From the NCBI RefSeq assembly GCF_030144855.1, contig NC_082722.1, positions 20,150,001 to 20,214,000 of the forward strand: a stretch of DNA of 64,000 nt, written 5' to 3'. The DNA is from Hypanus sabinus (taxonomy: Eukaryota). The notes below the pieces were generated by a model, which was given only the letters and a program-made list of their open reading frames with translations, did no database searches and was not told the origin of the DNA. This document shows, piece by piece, positions 12,430-25,787 of this stretch. The position numbers were made by a program, and so were the translations under genes. Position 1 is the first letter of the stretch; each line of letters begins with the position of its first letter.

Positions 12430-13130
12430 CAGCTTAAATATTAATAATATTAATATCAAATTTTATTATATATTTTTTCTCAGCTAATGCTGAGGTATGG
12501 CCCTAGACAAACACACTGAGTTCTCAATTGTTAAGAATGTTCGGACTATTCCAGTGGTGTTTAGTATTGTGCTTTGTGAAGATCTACATAAATTTTGCTG
12601 TAAACATCGAATTGTTTGATGATCCTGTGCTGTGACGGTGGGATGATACGAGTTGTAGATATTAATATTTGGACAGTACATCCGGTTCATAGTCCACAGT
12701 CTTTCAATTTCCTTTATGAATCCAGCATATTTCTGGTGTTTTTTTTTCACTTATTGACTTCAATATATATTGTGTGTGTGCTGGCAATGGCTATATCTAT
12801 CAAAGAAGATGTCCTTGTTTATTCATCCTGAAATCTATCCGCACAGTTATTATGTATTGTCCTATCTCTAATACATTTGTCTCTGCCACTCTGCGCACTA
12901 TTTTATGATGTTACACAGTGTGAAGGTCTTGTCAGCACAGCCTCTGTTTCTCCTGAAGCCTCCTTGTTCTTTCCTCAAGCACGCATCTCCAGCATTTCAA
13001 TCCGTTGGACAATTACTAAATGTACACAACAGTCAGATAAATCTTCGAAGGATATATGTTCTGTCATAATAGATAGGTCGTAATATTATTTGTGTGATTC
13101 TGACTCTAAAACAGGGCCAAGCTTCTATTT
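12430..13130 (-). mobile_element. R4/Dong-clade non-LTR retrotransposon 3' fragment (restriction-like endonuclease)
   Basis: KYAGFIKEIERLWTMNR...TILNTTGIVRTFL (ORF 12484-12750) and an AT-rich TAA-like tail at 12430-12482. Confidence 0.7.
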
Positions 13131-13469
13131 ATAGGAAGGAATGATTTATTTTATCAGTCTATATTTTATAGTAAGATTATAGTGAACAGTGTTTTCCATT
13201 TCATTGTCCAGGTGCAAGTAATCGGATTGAGTTAAACTGTTGCAGGATCTCGTAATATGGTCGATTGTTTCTGTTACTTTTTCTGTTGAAATGTTCTACA
13301 ATTACTATCTTGAATTTGTTGATTCTTACTAATTTGCTAGTTGCTGCTGTGTTAACCACCTGGTCCTGCATGTTATATGAATACGAATGGTGAAGACAGC
13401 ACGGCTCTGACACATGGATGTTCGGATGACTGGATCGAAGAAGGCTACTGCAAACCTGCATCAATAAAG

Positions 13470-14150
13470 TTACAAAAGGTCTAGATTCGATCTCTGGAAA
13501 GCAGGAGTAAGCAAACTGTGCAAATACAAATATAGATAAGCAGCAATATATAACGAGTATGAATTAACAATGTAGCAGAGTCTTCAAATGAGTGTAGCTA
13601 TCCACTTTGTTGAAGAGCCTGAATGTTGAGCAGTTGTAACTGTTCTTGAACCTGGTGCTATGAGTCCGGAGACACTTGTTCATTCATCCTAATAGCAGCA
13701 GCGAGAAAAGAGCATGCCGTGTGTGGTGAGAATCTTTGATGATTGCTGTAGCTTTACTACGGCAGCGTTTCATGTAGATGTGCTCAATGGTCGGTAGGGT
13801 TTTACCTTGATGTACTGGAACTAATCCACTACTTTTGTAGTATTTTCCACTCAAAGCCATTGGTGTTCCCTTACCAGGCTGGAATGAACATTGAGTGAAA
13901 GGCTGCTGTTATGACGTCACTCAACCAAGTTTTCAATATCTTTCCTGTATGCTGCTTCATTATCCCTTTTTATAGGGCCGACTGAAATTGGTGTATTCTG
14001 CTAACTTATATATGGTTTTGGAGTTGCACAGAGCTACACAGATGTAGATGTATAGCGAATGAGGAAGGGGGCTACATACGCATCGCTGCGTTTTTCCTGT
14101 GCTGATGGAGATTGTGGAGGAGATGTTTTTGCAATCTGATTGAACCATAA
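13470..14150 (-). mobile_element. Rex1/Babar-type LINE 3' fragment
   Basis: Similar to the 3' region of the copies at 49500-50300 and 59170-59850. Confidence 0.5.
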
Positions 14151-15186
14151 TGCTGGCGTCTACAATAAGGAAATCCAGGATCTAATTCCACAAGGACGTT
14201 TTGATTGCCAGTTTGTAGAGTTCGCTATTTGGCTTTGCGGGGTTAAATGCAATGCTGTAATAGAAATACCCAGAAAATAAATATGGACAGAGATAAGTCT
14301 GCGGATGAATGGACACGAGCCATTAGGTCTGGTGGACCGAGTGCAGTATCAGCGTGCTAATTCACAGTATTGCTCTCTTATCGCTGCTGCCATTAGGAAG
14401 TAAGCACAGCAGCCTCAGGTCCCAGACCACCAGGTTTAGGAACAGTAATTACCTTCAACAGTCTGGTTTCTGAATCATTGTGGATAATTTCACTCTTCTT
14501 GATACTGAACTGAATCAATAAACGATGGAATTGCTTTCAGTTACCTTACAACTCATGTTCTTAGTATTTCCTTACCTAAATATTTACGATTATTGCAATT
14601 TCCAGTATTTGCACAGTTTGTCTTACTTTGGACATTGGTTGTTCGTCGGTCTTTGCGGCTTTTCATTGAATACATTGCATTTCTTTGTTGCACTACGAGT
14701 GCCCTCAAGAAAATGAGACTAGGGTAATAAATGGTGACAAATACGTAGTTTGATGTTAAGCTTATTCTGAATGCTGAACTTCAATTTGAGGAATAGTGCA
14801 AATACATTGGAAACAATTCTGCATGATGGTATAAAAGAATGATCCGTATATGGGCGTGTAGTCAGTTAAGGTATGTTGGCCTGCCTGCATTTGCATCCGC
14901 TGAAGTTTAGAAACGGATGTGGATATCGATTGATATGTATTTCATATTGAGGGCTCTAAAAGAAGTAGTTATGAAAGGCTTATATGCTCATGTGAAGAAA
15001 AGTGAATTACTCTCAGTGTTTGGTGTCTTTGAATGTCACTTCCTGAAACAAAACATTGAAACATATGTTCTTGTGTGATTTTAATGTTGACTTTAAAATA
15101 TGCTCCAGAAGCAGGAAGTCGAAAGTTACTGTGATGGGCGGGGTCGGAATTTGATGTTACCGTCAGATCAGTCACAATTTTATTGA

Positions 15187-15299
15187 ATGGCGAAATATGT
15201 CAAGTTTCCAATTGCCCTACTTCTGCTATGTTGTTTTCTCAGTAGTCTGCAGACTTTTAAAACTCCAGATATGTCTTTGAAACACCATCCTATTATAAG
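15187..15299 (+). CDS. Candidate first exon with signal-peptide-like sequence (unassigned)
   Basis: MAKYVKFPIALLLLCCFLSSLQTFKTPDMSLKHHPII plus AG, then donor GTAAAC (phase 2). Preceded by a GC box (15136-15143) and ETS motifs. No partner exon confirmed. Confidence 0.25.
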
Positions 15300-15430
15300 G
15301 TAAACTCCCTTCTCTTTTGAGACACCTCCAACAACCCACTGAAGCAAGGCACATAAAGCAGAGCCGAATTTTGCCTCAATGGCAACACTGCATGGTATTC
15401 TATTGCTGACATTTTTCGGAAAATTAGATA

Positions 15431-15672
15431 TATACTCATTGGCCATTTTATTTGGTGCATCTGGGTACATGCTGGATAATGCAAATATCTAGTGAGACAT
15501 ATAGACATAAAAGCATACAGACATTGCCAAAAAGTATAGTTCTTGCTCGGACCAAACATCAGAAAGTGAAAGAAATGTGAGTCTTGAGCGTGGAATGATT
15601 GTTGGTGCCTGAATGGGTGATTTGATATCTCAGAAAATGTTGACTGGCTGGGAACTTCATGTATAACAGTCC
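15431..15672 (+). mobile_element. Tc1/mariner 5' fragment
   Basis: Terminus like TA.ACTCA.TGGCCA.TTTATT and a decayed RGMIVGA transposase N-terminus. Homologous copy at 61140-61432 (minus). Confidence 0.7.
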
Positions 15673-15674
15673 TT

Positions 15675-17210
15675 CATTGGTCAACTGGCAACCATTTCAG
15701 CCCTGTGAAAAAGTTTCCCACTATCCACTACATCAATGCCTCACAGTATCTCGTACACCTCAGTCAGGTCACCTCTCATCCTCTTTCGCTCCAAGGTGAA
15801 AAACAGAGTTCACTGAACTAATTCTCATAAGCTATGCTGACCAAACCATGAAACATACTTGTAAATCTCCTCTTCACACTTTCTATTGCTTCCACATCTT
15901 TCCTGTAGTGAGGCGACCAGAGATGAGCACACTACACCATGTGGGGTCTGACCAGGGTCCTATATTGCTGCAAAATTACCTCTCGGCTCCTAAATTCTAT
16001 TCCACGATTGATGAAGGCCATACGCCTTCTTAACTACAGAGTCAATCTTGCAGCTTCTTTGAGCGTTCTACAGACACGAACCCCAAGAACCCTCTGATTC
16101 TCCACACTGCCAAGAGTCTTACCATTAAAAGTATATTCTGCCATCATATTTGACCTACCAAAATGAACCATTTCACACTTATTTTGGTTGAACACCATCT
16201 TCCACTTCTCGGCCCAGCTTTGCATCCTATCAATGCCCCGCTGTAACATCTGACAGCTCTCCACACTACCCACAGCACCTCCAATAGCTGTTTCATCAGG
16301 AAACTTACTAAGCTATCCTTCCACTTCCACTTACTCATCCAGGTCATTTATAAATATCATGAAGATTAAGGGTCCCAGAACAGATCCCTGAGGCACACCA
16401 CTGGTCACCGAACCCTAGGCAGAATAGGACCGGTCTACAACCACTCTTTGCCTTCTGTGAGACATCCAGTTCTGGATCCACAAAGCAAAGTTCCCTTGGA
16501 TCCCATGCCTCCTTCCTTTCTCAATAAGCCTTACATGGGGTACCTTATCAAATGCCTTGCTGAAATACTTACACAATGCGTCTAATGCCCTTCCTTCATC
16601 AATGTGTTTAGTCACATCCTCGAAATGTTTGAAGTCTCGTAATGCACGACCTGCCCTTGGCAAGCCATTCTGACTACTGCTAATCATTTTATACCTCTCC
16701 AAATGTTCATAAATCCTGTCTCTCAGGATCCTCTCCATCAACTTACGCAATAAAGTTATTGACCGCTTCCTGTTCCTAACCTCCACCCACAGAGTCTCCG
16801 CAGACAATCTCTCCATGGCGTCCAATTTTTCTGGAGCTTGACACTGACTCTGATCAAAAGTGCGACACCGCAACTATTTTACCTTCGTCCCTGTCCTTTA
16901 TGAAATATCTATAATCAGGCACTTGAAGTAACCTGTCCGGACTCTGGGACGCCCAAGTCTCTGTTATGGCCACCACATCATATCTCCAAGTACTGATCCA
17001 CATTCTAAGCTTATCTGCTTTATTCACACACTCTTTTCATTAAAATAGACACATCTCAAGCCATCGGTCTGAGCCCGTCCCTTCTCTATCACCTGATTAT
17101 CCTCCCTCTTGCACTCTCGACAAGCTTTCTCTATTTGTGAGCTAACAGCCTCTTCCCTAGTCTCTTCAGTTCGGTCCCCACTTTTGTTCACACTTTCCAC
17201 ACTAAAAGCA
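15675..17210 (-). mobile_element. CR1 LINE, fragmented
   Basis: ORF 16415-16873 (ERILRDRIYEHLE...FSKAFDKVPH) and 16034-16273 (WAEKWKM.FN..KCE..HFG), plus an endonuclease piece near 16950. Confidence 0.9.
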
Positions 17211-17818
17211 ATTGATTATTCGTTGTCCGGAGACACTTGCACCTAACGGTCAGCTCAAGGAAGGAGTTAAGGACACTTCGAAATTCACCATTGTCTCTCC
17301 TGAACTGAACTACGTTTAAATGAAACTAACAATCTTTTGACCTATATTTAGTCTTTGCTGAAATTTGCTTGAATTTTCAGCTTTTCGTCTTCTCTAAAAC
17401 ATGTACATCTGCGTGCCTTGCAAGTTCCTGTTTCTGACTAAATGCAGATGCAATTTTGATACTGAGAAGATGCAGAGAGGCCGAGCCGAACGTGTTAATC
17501 TCGTAGCTTGTGATCTATGAAAGTAAATCATATTGTTCATTATCCTGCGGCTGCAGAGGCACCCGAGTCTGAAATAAAGTGGTAACATGTTTATCTGTAT
17601 CTGTCTGATTATCAGCGGTAGGCTGTAACCGCAAAGTAAACTTTATTTTTCTGATTTTCCATTCAGGCTGAAATCTAGCGCTATGGTCCATCTCTCGTTC
17701 ACAAATCAATACGATACTAATGTTGCAAATGAGCATTTTAATTATCACCGACGGTCGAAGTGACCTGCTGCTTCTGTGAGTTGTACATTCAGGCTTTTTG
17801 AATAATTGTAAAAAAAAA

Positions 17819-17947
17819 ATGGGAAATAAAGTTCGATCAAAAAGCTGCTACCTCATACCGAGAAGATTGAAAGGTGGACCTTTTTACCTGGGTCTGAGTG
17901 TCTTCCTGCTTTGCATTACCTTCGGTAATTATGGCATTAACCTGAAG
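17819..17947 (+). CDS. Candidate first coding exon with a signal-anchor-like hydrophobic stretch (unassigned)
   Basis: aaaATGG Kozak context. MGNKVRSKSCYLIPRRLKGGPFYLGLSVFLLCITFGNYGINLK, then donor AG/GTGAGG (phase 0). Strong acceptor upstream at 17666. No family recognised. Confidence 0.3.
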
Positions 17948-19741
17948 GTGAGGTCCTCGTGCAACTTTCAATGCATTATCTGGCTATAAAAAATTGTGAA
18001 GTTATTATGGAGTTCAGAACATTTAGATTTTCCCGGTTACTTTCCTTTTCAATTTAAAACTTAGTTTCAGTGAAATCATCAACCGTTGTCTAACACAGAC
18101 CCTGAACGTAAATAAAAGGTAATGTTGGCTGTGCAAAAGGGCAAAATGGGTGATCGGGTGAAACCTGTTGATATTTCCAGACATGTAGATATGGAAGCTT
18201 TGTAATTAGTGATTTTTTAAAAAAAATATCATAGGATTTACATTGTCGTACCAGGTTAAAAAGTTTGTTTTCACATTCTACAGTATTTTAAATGACATAT
18301 TCCTAGCAATATACGAATATCTGAAAAAAACTCCAACATTAAGATTCTCGCTCCAAATTGTTACACGGTCACTTCAGGCTGCGGAGCTATTTGTATTCCC
18401 GCCAAATGTGGGAAGCAGATTCCGTTGGAAAGTTAAAATGTTCATTGAAAATATTTTGCAAATACATATGTAATGCATCCATTATGGCTTCTTTCTGTTT
18501 AGCAAAGTCGTAAGATTCTATAGAATTAACATGTTATCAGCTTCGCTTCCTGCAGTATTCTGCTCCTAATTCAATAATTTTAGAAACTGAAGACATCGTT
18601 TCGTCTCACCAAAATGGATTGATTCTCACTTCCTATCAAAGAATTATACTTACACTTAAAGGAAAGAGGTGGTGGAGGGGTGGGGAGGGGGGCGTTATCC
18701 ATGAGCCTCCGATGAATACTGTATCATGATGCAAACCGATTTTGTTACCCAAAGTAAGATCGCCTGAAGATACTTTCTGAACGTGTGTAGCAGTTCCCGT
18801 TATTCTAATATTGTGTTTTGTGTACTACATTCACCTTCATCTTTTGTGAATCTTATCCCCTTCACCTAAAGTGTGTTTTTTTCCAGTCTGAGTTACATTG
18901 TACTTTCAGCTACTTCAGAAGTACTGGTTGCAAAATCAACCTCAAGCTACTTACTTACTATTTGTTCTGCACTCGATTCTGAAGATAACCATACGACTCA
19001 GTACCATGGTTCTACCTCTAGCATAGTATCACTGAAGGGATTTCTTCATACATGAGTAGGTATTGTGTGAATGGTCATATCGGGTAACTTGATGACAGCT
19101 AGAATCAATTCGGAATTGATTTACTGTGTTTCTGTTCGTCATAATGAAGCAATAATACCTACCGAGCATTTAGTCGGAGGAAAGTATTTCCTTCTTATTG
19201 ACGTGACTCCATAATAACGATGATTTAAAATGTTATTTTGTTAATTTCAATTCTGATTCACAATATTATGAAAACCATCAATTTATTCCTACAATGTGTA
19301 CACAATATGTGGAACAAAACACGTTTACATCTTTGCTGTTTATATTTGATTAGGTGCCAGATAATCCGATGAAGGGTGAAGCTTTGAAATAGAAATATCG
19401 TATCATTTAAATCATAGTTAATTCTGTGATTTATTTTGGATGACTCAACACAAAGGTACGTATGGCTGCGAATCAAGAAATACATTAAAATATAACCAAC
19501 TTATACTTGAACGTTTCTGTGCAATTCCATTATTCAACTTGTATGCTTCACAGTAATGTTTGAAGTAAAGCCCAAAACGACTCACTCATATTGTTTAATC
19601 GCTAAATGAACATCATGTTGATATTTCAAGACAACTTAAACAGTGCAATATTTTCTTCAACCTAAATTTTCTCTATTGTCTCCATCTACATTTTTGCATT
19701 ATGCTAATCTAACTTTTCCTTTTCTTTCTCACTGTTTTTCA

Positions 19742-19830
19742 GCTATTTGTCAAATAATTTCTGTTCTACTTGCTTCTCTTCTGTTCACTTTGAACTCTGG
19801 TGAACCTCCGGAATATTGTGAGGATCCAAG
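19742..19830 (+). other. Candidate internal exon (unassigned)
   Basis: Strong acceptor (CTAAC, long pyrimidine tract, TTTTTCAG). Open frame ICQIISVLLASLLFTLNSGEPPEYCEDP ending AG/GTGATA. Confidence 0.2.
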
Positions 19831-21960
19831 GTGATATATCCTGTTGTCAATTTATTCTCCCTCATATCTCCAAAGAAGCAATGCATCTGAATAAAAAATA
19901 TGGGTAATTGATACAGCATGGATTATCTTCAAACCTTCGTATCAAAGACCTGGAAATCATTTTTCTTCAGCAATAATTAAAAAATTATCCAGTTACCTCT
20001 TTTGATATTTGCGAAAAGTCGAAGAATTTGGAACGTCATTTCTATGAGAATGGTCAAAAATTGAAGGAAGATAGAAAATAAGTCACCACCCTCGTGTGTT
20101 TCTGTATTGCAACAGCGATTGATTTTATTTGGGAACCAAAGTATTTTGATTATTAACTCTGCTTTAAATGCTTGCATATAGGCCGATATGGCAATACGAT
20201 ATGAAGAATCTGCTGACCTTTGAAATGTTTGATAAAAATCCTTGGTTGTGAAATAATAAGCACAACATTTGAATTCCCGTGAACATCCCGATAATTTGAC
20301 AACTACAGCTAATGGTGCTTGTCTGAACACAAAACATTAAGTAAGTGACAGGACAGTACATTCCAAGAACCACTCAATTAGCAATAAAATGAAGACAAGA
20401 GATTTCCGACGCTAGAACATGGAGCAACACTGTAAGAGTTGGCGGAACTCAACGCGTCAGGCAGAATCATGGGAAGGACACAAACAGTCGACGGCTGGGA
20501 CCCAGGCTCTTCATCTGTACTTCATTGGCTAGCCAGGAAAGTAGCTAGTGAGGAATATTGAAATTAAACTTTCCAATTTTCATCACTGGTCTTCTCCTTT
20601 CCGTTCTTGAAACTATTGAAAGTTTGAATTAACATTTTAAAGATTTTATTTGTTATTATTTAAATCATTCATTTCTGCATACTATAATCTTTATAAATGT
20701 TTTAAACAGTTTACGAAGAAATGTTTTTTCAATTTTGTTAAGACCAAAAATTGCGGGTCAAATTACTTCTCCTTTTTATATGTGCGTGTCATTTGTGCAC
20801 CCCAACCCCCTGGACACCATCTATAATGATAGACTCTTACAATGTACTTGGCCTCGTCCTGCAGAACTTCCCATGTATTTCCATGATCTAGAATACGGAG
20901 AGTTGCTGAGGATAATATTGTTCTGATATCTCCTCAAGGTTACTAATGGGTTCTGCTGGGTTATCACTCACTACATAATCAACACAAATCGAACAACAAT
21001 CGAAGAAAAGTAAACGTAGAATGTTTTGGAAATACCTGATTACTTTGGAACCTTCTGTGAAGAGAAAAGTAGGTTGGGAGCTTTCATCACACAATAAATC
21101 CGAAAAAACTTGATTGTCTAGCCAGGAAAAATCTGGCATTTTCCACAATTGTTTCCTGAGTTGATGTGGACTCCACATTTGCAACTTCCAAGGCATTTGC
21201 TTCCATCCACACGCAACTCACGCACACCAGATACTACCCAGCTTATTTAATACATTGTTTTTTGCATTTGTCATTTATAAATATAATGAAACTTCATGAT
21301 CCTGGAACATGTTCCAAATGCTCAGCAATAAGCCCATTAGTACAATATGAGTATTTATTTCCTGATTCGCATCTCTTGGGCCGTTACGCTCGAACCATTT
21401 CAAGATTCAACTGAAAAAATATATCTTCAATTCTCATTTTGTTAATCGACTCTGCTGTGGAACATTTCTCATACGCTTTGACAAAGAGGTATTAAATAAT
21501 TGTACCATGATAAAATGCCACTGTCCATAATTCAAATATAGCCTTTGTGTTAACTGAGATTGCTGGGATTTCTTCCATATTTAAACTGAAATATTTCTGA
21601 ACTTCTATCGACGTTCCAGATCTCTGCTCTTGTTACTACACAAATGACAACACTGTAAAAAAAAAAACACTAAATTCGCCTATCAGCATTCCGAGAATGC
21701 AAACGGCCAGAAAATGCTATGCATATATGAACAATACTTGTCTGGCATTTTTTTTTTAGGATTTGTGCTTACATTAATACAAGGCAATTTATCCTCAGTA
21801 TCTAATCTTAACCTTAATTGGTATCACCTAAATTCCGAGAGGCAACTGATTTAGCTGAAAATAATCGAAAATGTTTCCAACTGTACATTTGCATGATACA
21901 ATTGTTCGGCAGATAAAAAGAGAGTTTCTCTCGTGGCATGACTTTACTTTGCCTATTCGA

Positions 21961-21996
21961 TTTCTGAAGAAAGGTCTCTGTCTGAAATGTCGACTG
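21961..21996 (+). ncRNA. Degenerate minimal type I hammerhead ribozyme motif (copy with the best-preserved core)
   Basis: CTGAAGA, extra A, stem II AGGT(CTCT)GTCT, GAAA, T, GTC, GACTG. All core nucleotides are present; stems I and II are weakened. Confidence 0.5.
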
Positions 21997-22596
21997 TTCA
22001 TTCAATTCCATCGATGCTGCCGAAAGTGCTGAGCTGCTTCAGCATTTGGTGTACTGTAGCTCTGGATTTTCCGCATCAGCAGAAAATCTTGTGTTTATAA
22101 ATTTTATCCTGCCTAGGATTACCAATTGCAATTATTTGATGTTCTTAAAAAAGGTATTCGAATATTTAAAAGAGGTATTTAAATTAAATAATAATGGTTG
22201 ATATACGTTTGTTGTTTTTGAATGACATATCGTGAGTACAGGAACACATACTCTTCAGAAATAGCTTTGCACGTAATTTACTTAAATTAACATTTTAACT
22301 TTTCACTTAAGCGTTAAATGCAATAACGTGGGTATCTACAACTTACTCGGCCGAGGCGGTGAAGCTTCTGACCGCATGGAGTTTCCATGATGTCACCAGC
22401 TTACCGTGAGTGCAGTTACTTTGCTGTGTGTGCTGTCTCGTTTAGGTTACACATCTGTACTCGATGCATCTTGTCATTGCAAATGTAGAAAAGTTCGCAG
22501 TGCAGGATTTAAAATCGCGTTTCATATGCAGAAGATATCCGTCTTTCGACAAATGATTTACATTTCCCTCAAGTCGGAACAAAGGAAAACACAGCG

Positions 22597-22620
22597 ACAC
22601 ACACACACACACACACACAC
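22597..22620. repeat. (CA)n microsatellite
   Basis: Directly visible. Confidence 0.95.
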
Positions 22621-23581
22621 AATATTGCACAATAGGTTCTATACATGGGGCATGAACTTTTATTTAGATACAGTTTTAAAATCGTTACCACATTTTGATG
22701 GAGCACAGCAAAAAGAATAATTTTAAATACGTTCTGATTCTGAGCACTTCAATAATATGACTCGTGCGTGAGCCATTAAACACAGAAAAAAGGTAGGTTA
22801 CTAAAAGGATTACAAAAGAGAAGAAATAAACTAAATTCAAGAGTTAATGTTCAGCATTGTTCGCTGTGGAAAAAACACGATCATTGGGGGTTGGGGAATG
22901 GTGTACACCGAAAATAAGCCGAGATATACCTTCAGCTGTGAACGTGGGCCTGAAAAAGGGGACAGATTCTGAAGCAACGAAAGCACAGAGAGATTGAAAG
23001 GATGAATGATTATTATAAAATCCGTGTTTTGTCTCACTAAATGGCAAAGGTGGTCGGTGAGCGCGTGGGTTTCAAATAAACGGGTCGCATAAACAAATCA
23101 TAACCAGTCACAGAGAGATGTAGACCAGTTCCTAGAATTAAACACTGGTAGGCATAGATTGTCCCCTAGTAATGTCCCCTCGTCCAGTAGTGAACAAAGC
23201 AGCACAAAGGCAGACATTTCTTCTGCTCCTACTCGGACTTCAATACTCTGAATCTGTTCAATCCGAATTGCTTTCAAAGAATAATAGCCTGGAAAATCGA
23301 CCAATCATCGCACATGCTCAGACAGTGACCCGATTTTTTTCTGAATTATAAAGACATTTTACTTGCTAAGACACAGAAGGTCTCCACATCTAGATTTCTG
23401 TACCAGTACTATCTCCATACTAATTCATCCATTGTTGACTAAACACCTTTCACTCATCTTGCATTGACTTATGTTCCTCCAAAACTATGTTGTGTAGTAC
23501 GGGGCAGGTCCTCGTGATCTATCGTCCAGGGCTCAGAACCTACGTTTATTCAGGTTCCCCTGTGCTTCCAAATTACAATCG

Positions 23582-23745
23582 NNNNNNNNNNNNNNNNNNN
23601 NNNNNNNNNNNNNNNNNNNNNNNNNNNNNNNNNNNNNNNNNNNNNNNNNNNNNNNNNNNNNNNNNNNNNNNNNNNNNNNNNNNNNNNNNNNNNNNNNNNN
23701 NNNNNNNNNNNNNNNNNNNNNNNNNNNNNNNNNNNNNNNNNNNNN
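23582..23745. other. Assembly gap (164 N)
   Basis: Run of N. Confidence 1.
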
Positions 23746-23749
23746 TGCG

Positions 23750-24890
23750 AGCATAGCCAAGCAAGCTAATTTCTCAACTGCTTGCTAAATTTAGACTGTT
23801 GTTTAGCATTGTGGCTTTCTGGAGATTTTTCAATAAATACTGCTGTGTACATCTAAATGTTTAACGCTTTTGTGTAATGAGTTTGGGATGATATCAGTTG
23901 TAGATATCACGATTGGGACAAGGGTATACCCTGTTCATTTTCTATAGTCTTTCAATTTTCTCTTTTAATTGCATGTGATTTTCAATGATTGGTTTCTGTA
24001 TATTGTGTCTGCTTGTACTGGCTATATCTATTAAGTAAGCAATTTTTGCTTGTTTATCCTGTAATATTTATATGCAAACGGTTCTTCTAAATTGTCCCAT
24101 TTGTAATAATGGATAGGTGTAAGCTTGTGAGACTCTAACTCTCAAACAGAACCAGACATGCATTTATCATAAGGTATGGTTCCACTTCTGAGTTTGAAAT
24201 TTAAAGCAAGATTTCGGTAAAGAAGCTTTGCTGCTCGATTGCCCCTGTGTAAGTAATCGAATTGATTTCAACTGCTGGAAGATCCAGTTATGTGTTGGAT
24301 TGCTTCTGGTTTCTCTTGGCATTTTCTACATGCATCGTCTTACCTTTGTTGGTTTTCTTATTCCGTAATTTTGATATGTTTTTCTGTTAACCACCTGGTC
24401 CTCTATGCCACGAGGAACCACATTGTTCTGAGAAGAAGTCTCCCACTCTGAGCCAGGCGTTCGATGCTTCCCTGATGACATCTAATCTGCCCAGATCCTG
24501 GGGATATCTCCAAGGACGATCATATCCTCCATTGATTAAGTAGATTTTTTCCCTCCAGAGTGATGGTCTCATTATTTTTCTGGTTTGTGCTTTAATATCA
24601 GTTTAGTGGTGTGTTCTCGTATCAGAATTGCACGTGCTCGCCTGAAATGCTGAATCCAGTTTTCACTGATGAAAGTATATTCTTAGAATTTTTATCTGAC
24701 AGTTGTATAAAGTTTATTTATGAATGTTATTCCTCTTCTCCCATCTGTCCTAGGTAGTATTAACCTAAGTGCATTTGAGTATACATTGTGTTTCCTAAAA
24801 ATTATAATTTTAATTCTTACTTTGCCTTGTAAATCTTCCAGTTGGGCTACGACCCAAGATATTATGCCGGAAGAATAGGGTAATGCCTAT
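23750..24890 (-). mobile_element. R4/Dong-clade non-LTR retrotransposon, 5'-truncated
   Basis: Homologous to 12430-13130 but longer, and flanked by TATTATTATTAATATTATT at about 24888-24906. Confidence 0.7.
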
Positions 24891-24908
24891 TATTATTAAT
24901 ATTATTAG

Positions 24909-25582
24909 TGTGTTGCCTTTAAGGCATCTGTTTAGTTTATTATATTTTCGCGTTAGTAATTCGTTTGATATCGTTTTCTAGTTAAAGTTAAGATTATTTA
25001 AAGTAAATTCGTTGTCTGTGATATAGCGCGGCATGCGATGACGTCACACCCGGTTTCGCCGCGTCTTGTGGGAAGATACCGGTTTGGAGAAACGGGAAGT
25101 ACGGGGCTTATGTGTGCAGGATCAGCGCGAGAAATGTTTTCTTTCTACGCACTAGAAACATTAGTGAATCAACGCCGGAAGTTCATGAGATAATCGATAT
25201 GTTGAATTAAAAATGTTAACGTTGATTCTGTTAAAGTAATGACTGTTGATAATGTTTATGTTTTTTGTTATTTAAAGAGTTGCGGATAGTTTCTGTTGAG
25301 GTGTATTTAAAGCCAGTCGTAGATAGATTCTGAATGTATGATGCACTTTAATGTACTATAGTTGTTGTAGTTTTACTTCTGCAAGTATTTATGATGTAAA
25401 TGTGATGTCAAGAAGGAAACAAATACTGTATATATTTTGTATTGTTTTATCAACAGTTATCACCATACGTTAATGTGGAAGAGTGAACAATAAACGTTTA
25501 ATCTTACTGGGACCGCCTTATTGATTGGTTTATGCTTGGTGTTTAGTTCAGAGTTATTTTACACCTGTGCAACAACACTACA
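24909..25582 (+). mobile_element. Solo LTR with 5-bp target-site duplication
   Basis: TGT...ACA termini. ATTAG at 24904-24908 and 25583-25587. TGACGTCA palindrome at 25039-25046 and AATAAA near the 3' end, which suggests plus orientation. Confidence 0.75.
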
Positions 25583-25787
25583 ATTAGTATTATATAAGTA
25601 TCATAGCTGCCAACGTACGCGAGTAGTCAGATATCCTGCGCCAAGTGGTCAGAGATGGTTCCTTTGAACAGTTGACGTTATTATTGCCGAGCCGTTCGAC
25701 AGCCTGTTAAATTTTCTTCCCCATTAGAATCCTATCTTTATGGAAAACACATTGTAATCGTTGCTTGAACATCGTAGAAAAGCTGAC

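Noticed and set aside
19977-21650. Minus-strand ORFs (19977-20330, 20888-21196) and exon-like pieces, including a Tyr-containing terminal segment
   Set aside because: No coherent exon chain or recognisable domain could be built.
23487-23764. ORFs spanning the N gaps (also 57118-57456)
   Set aside because: Artefacts of translating N runs.
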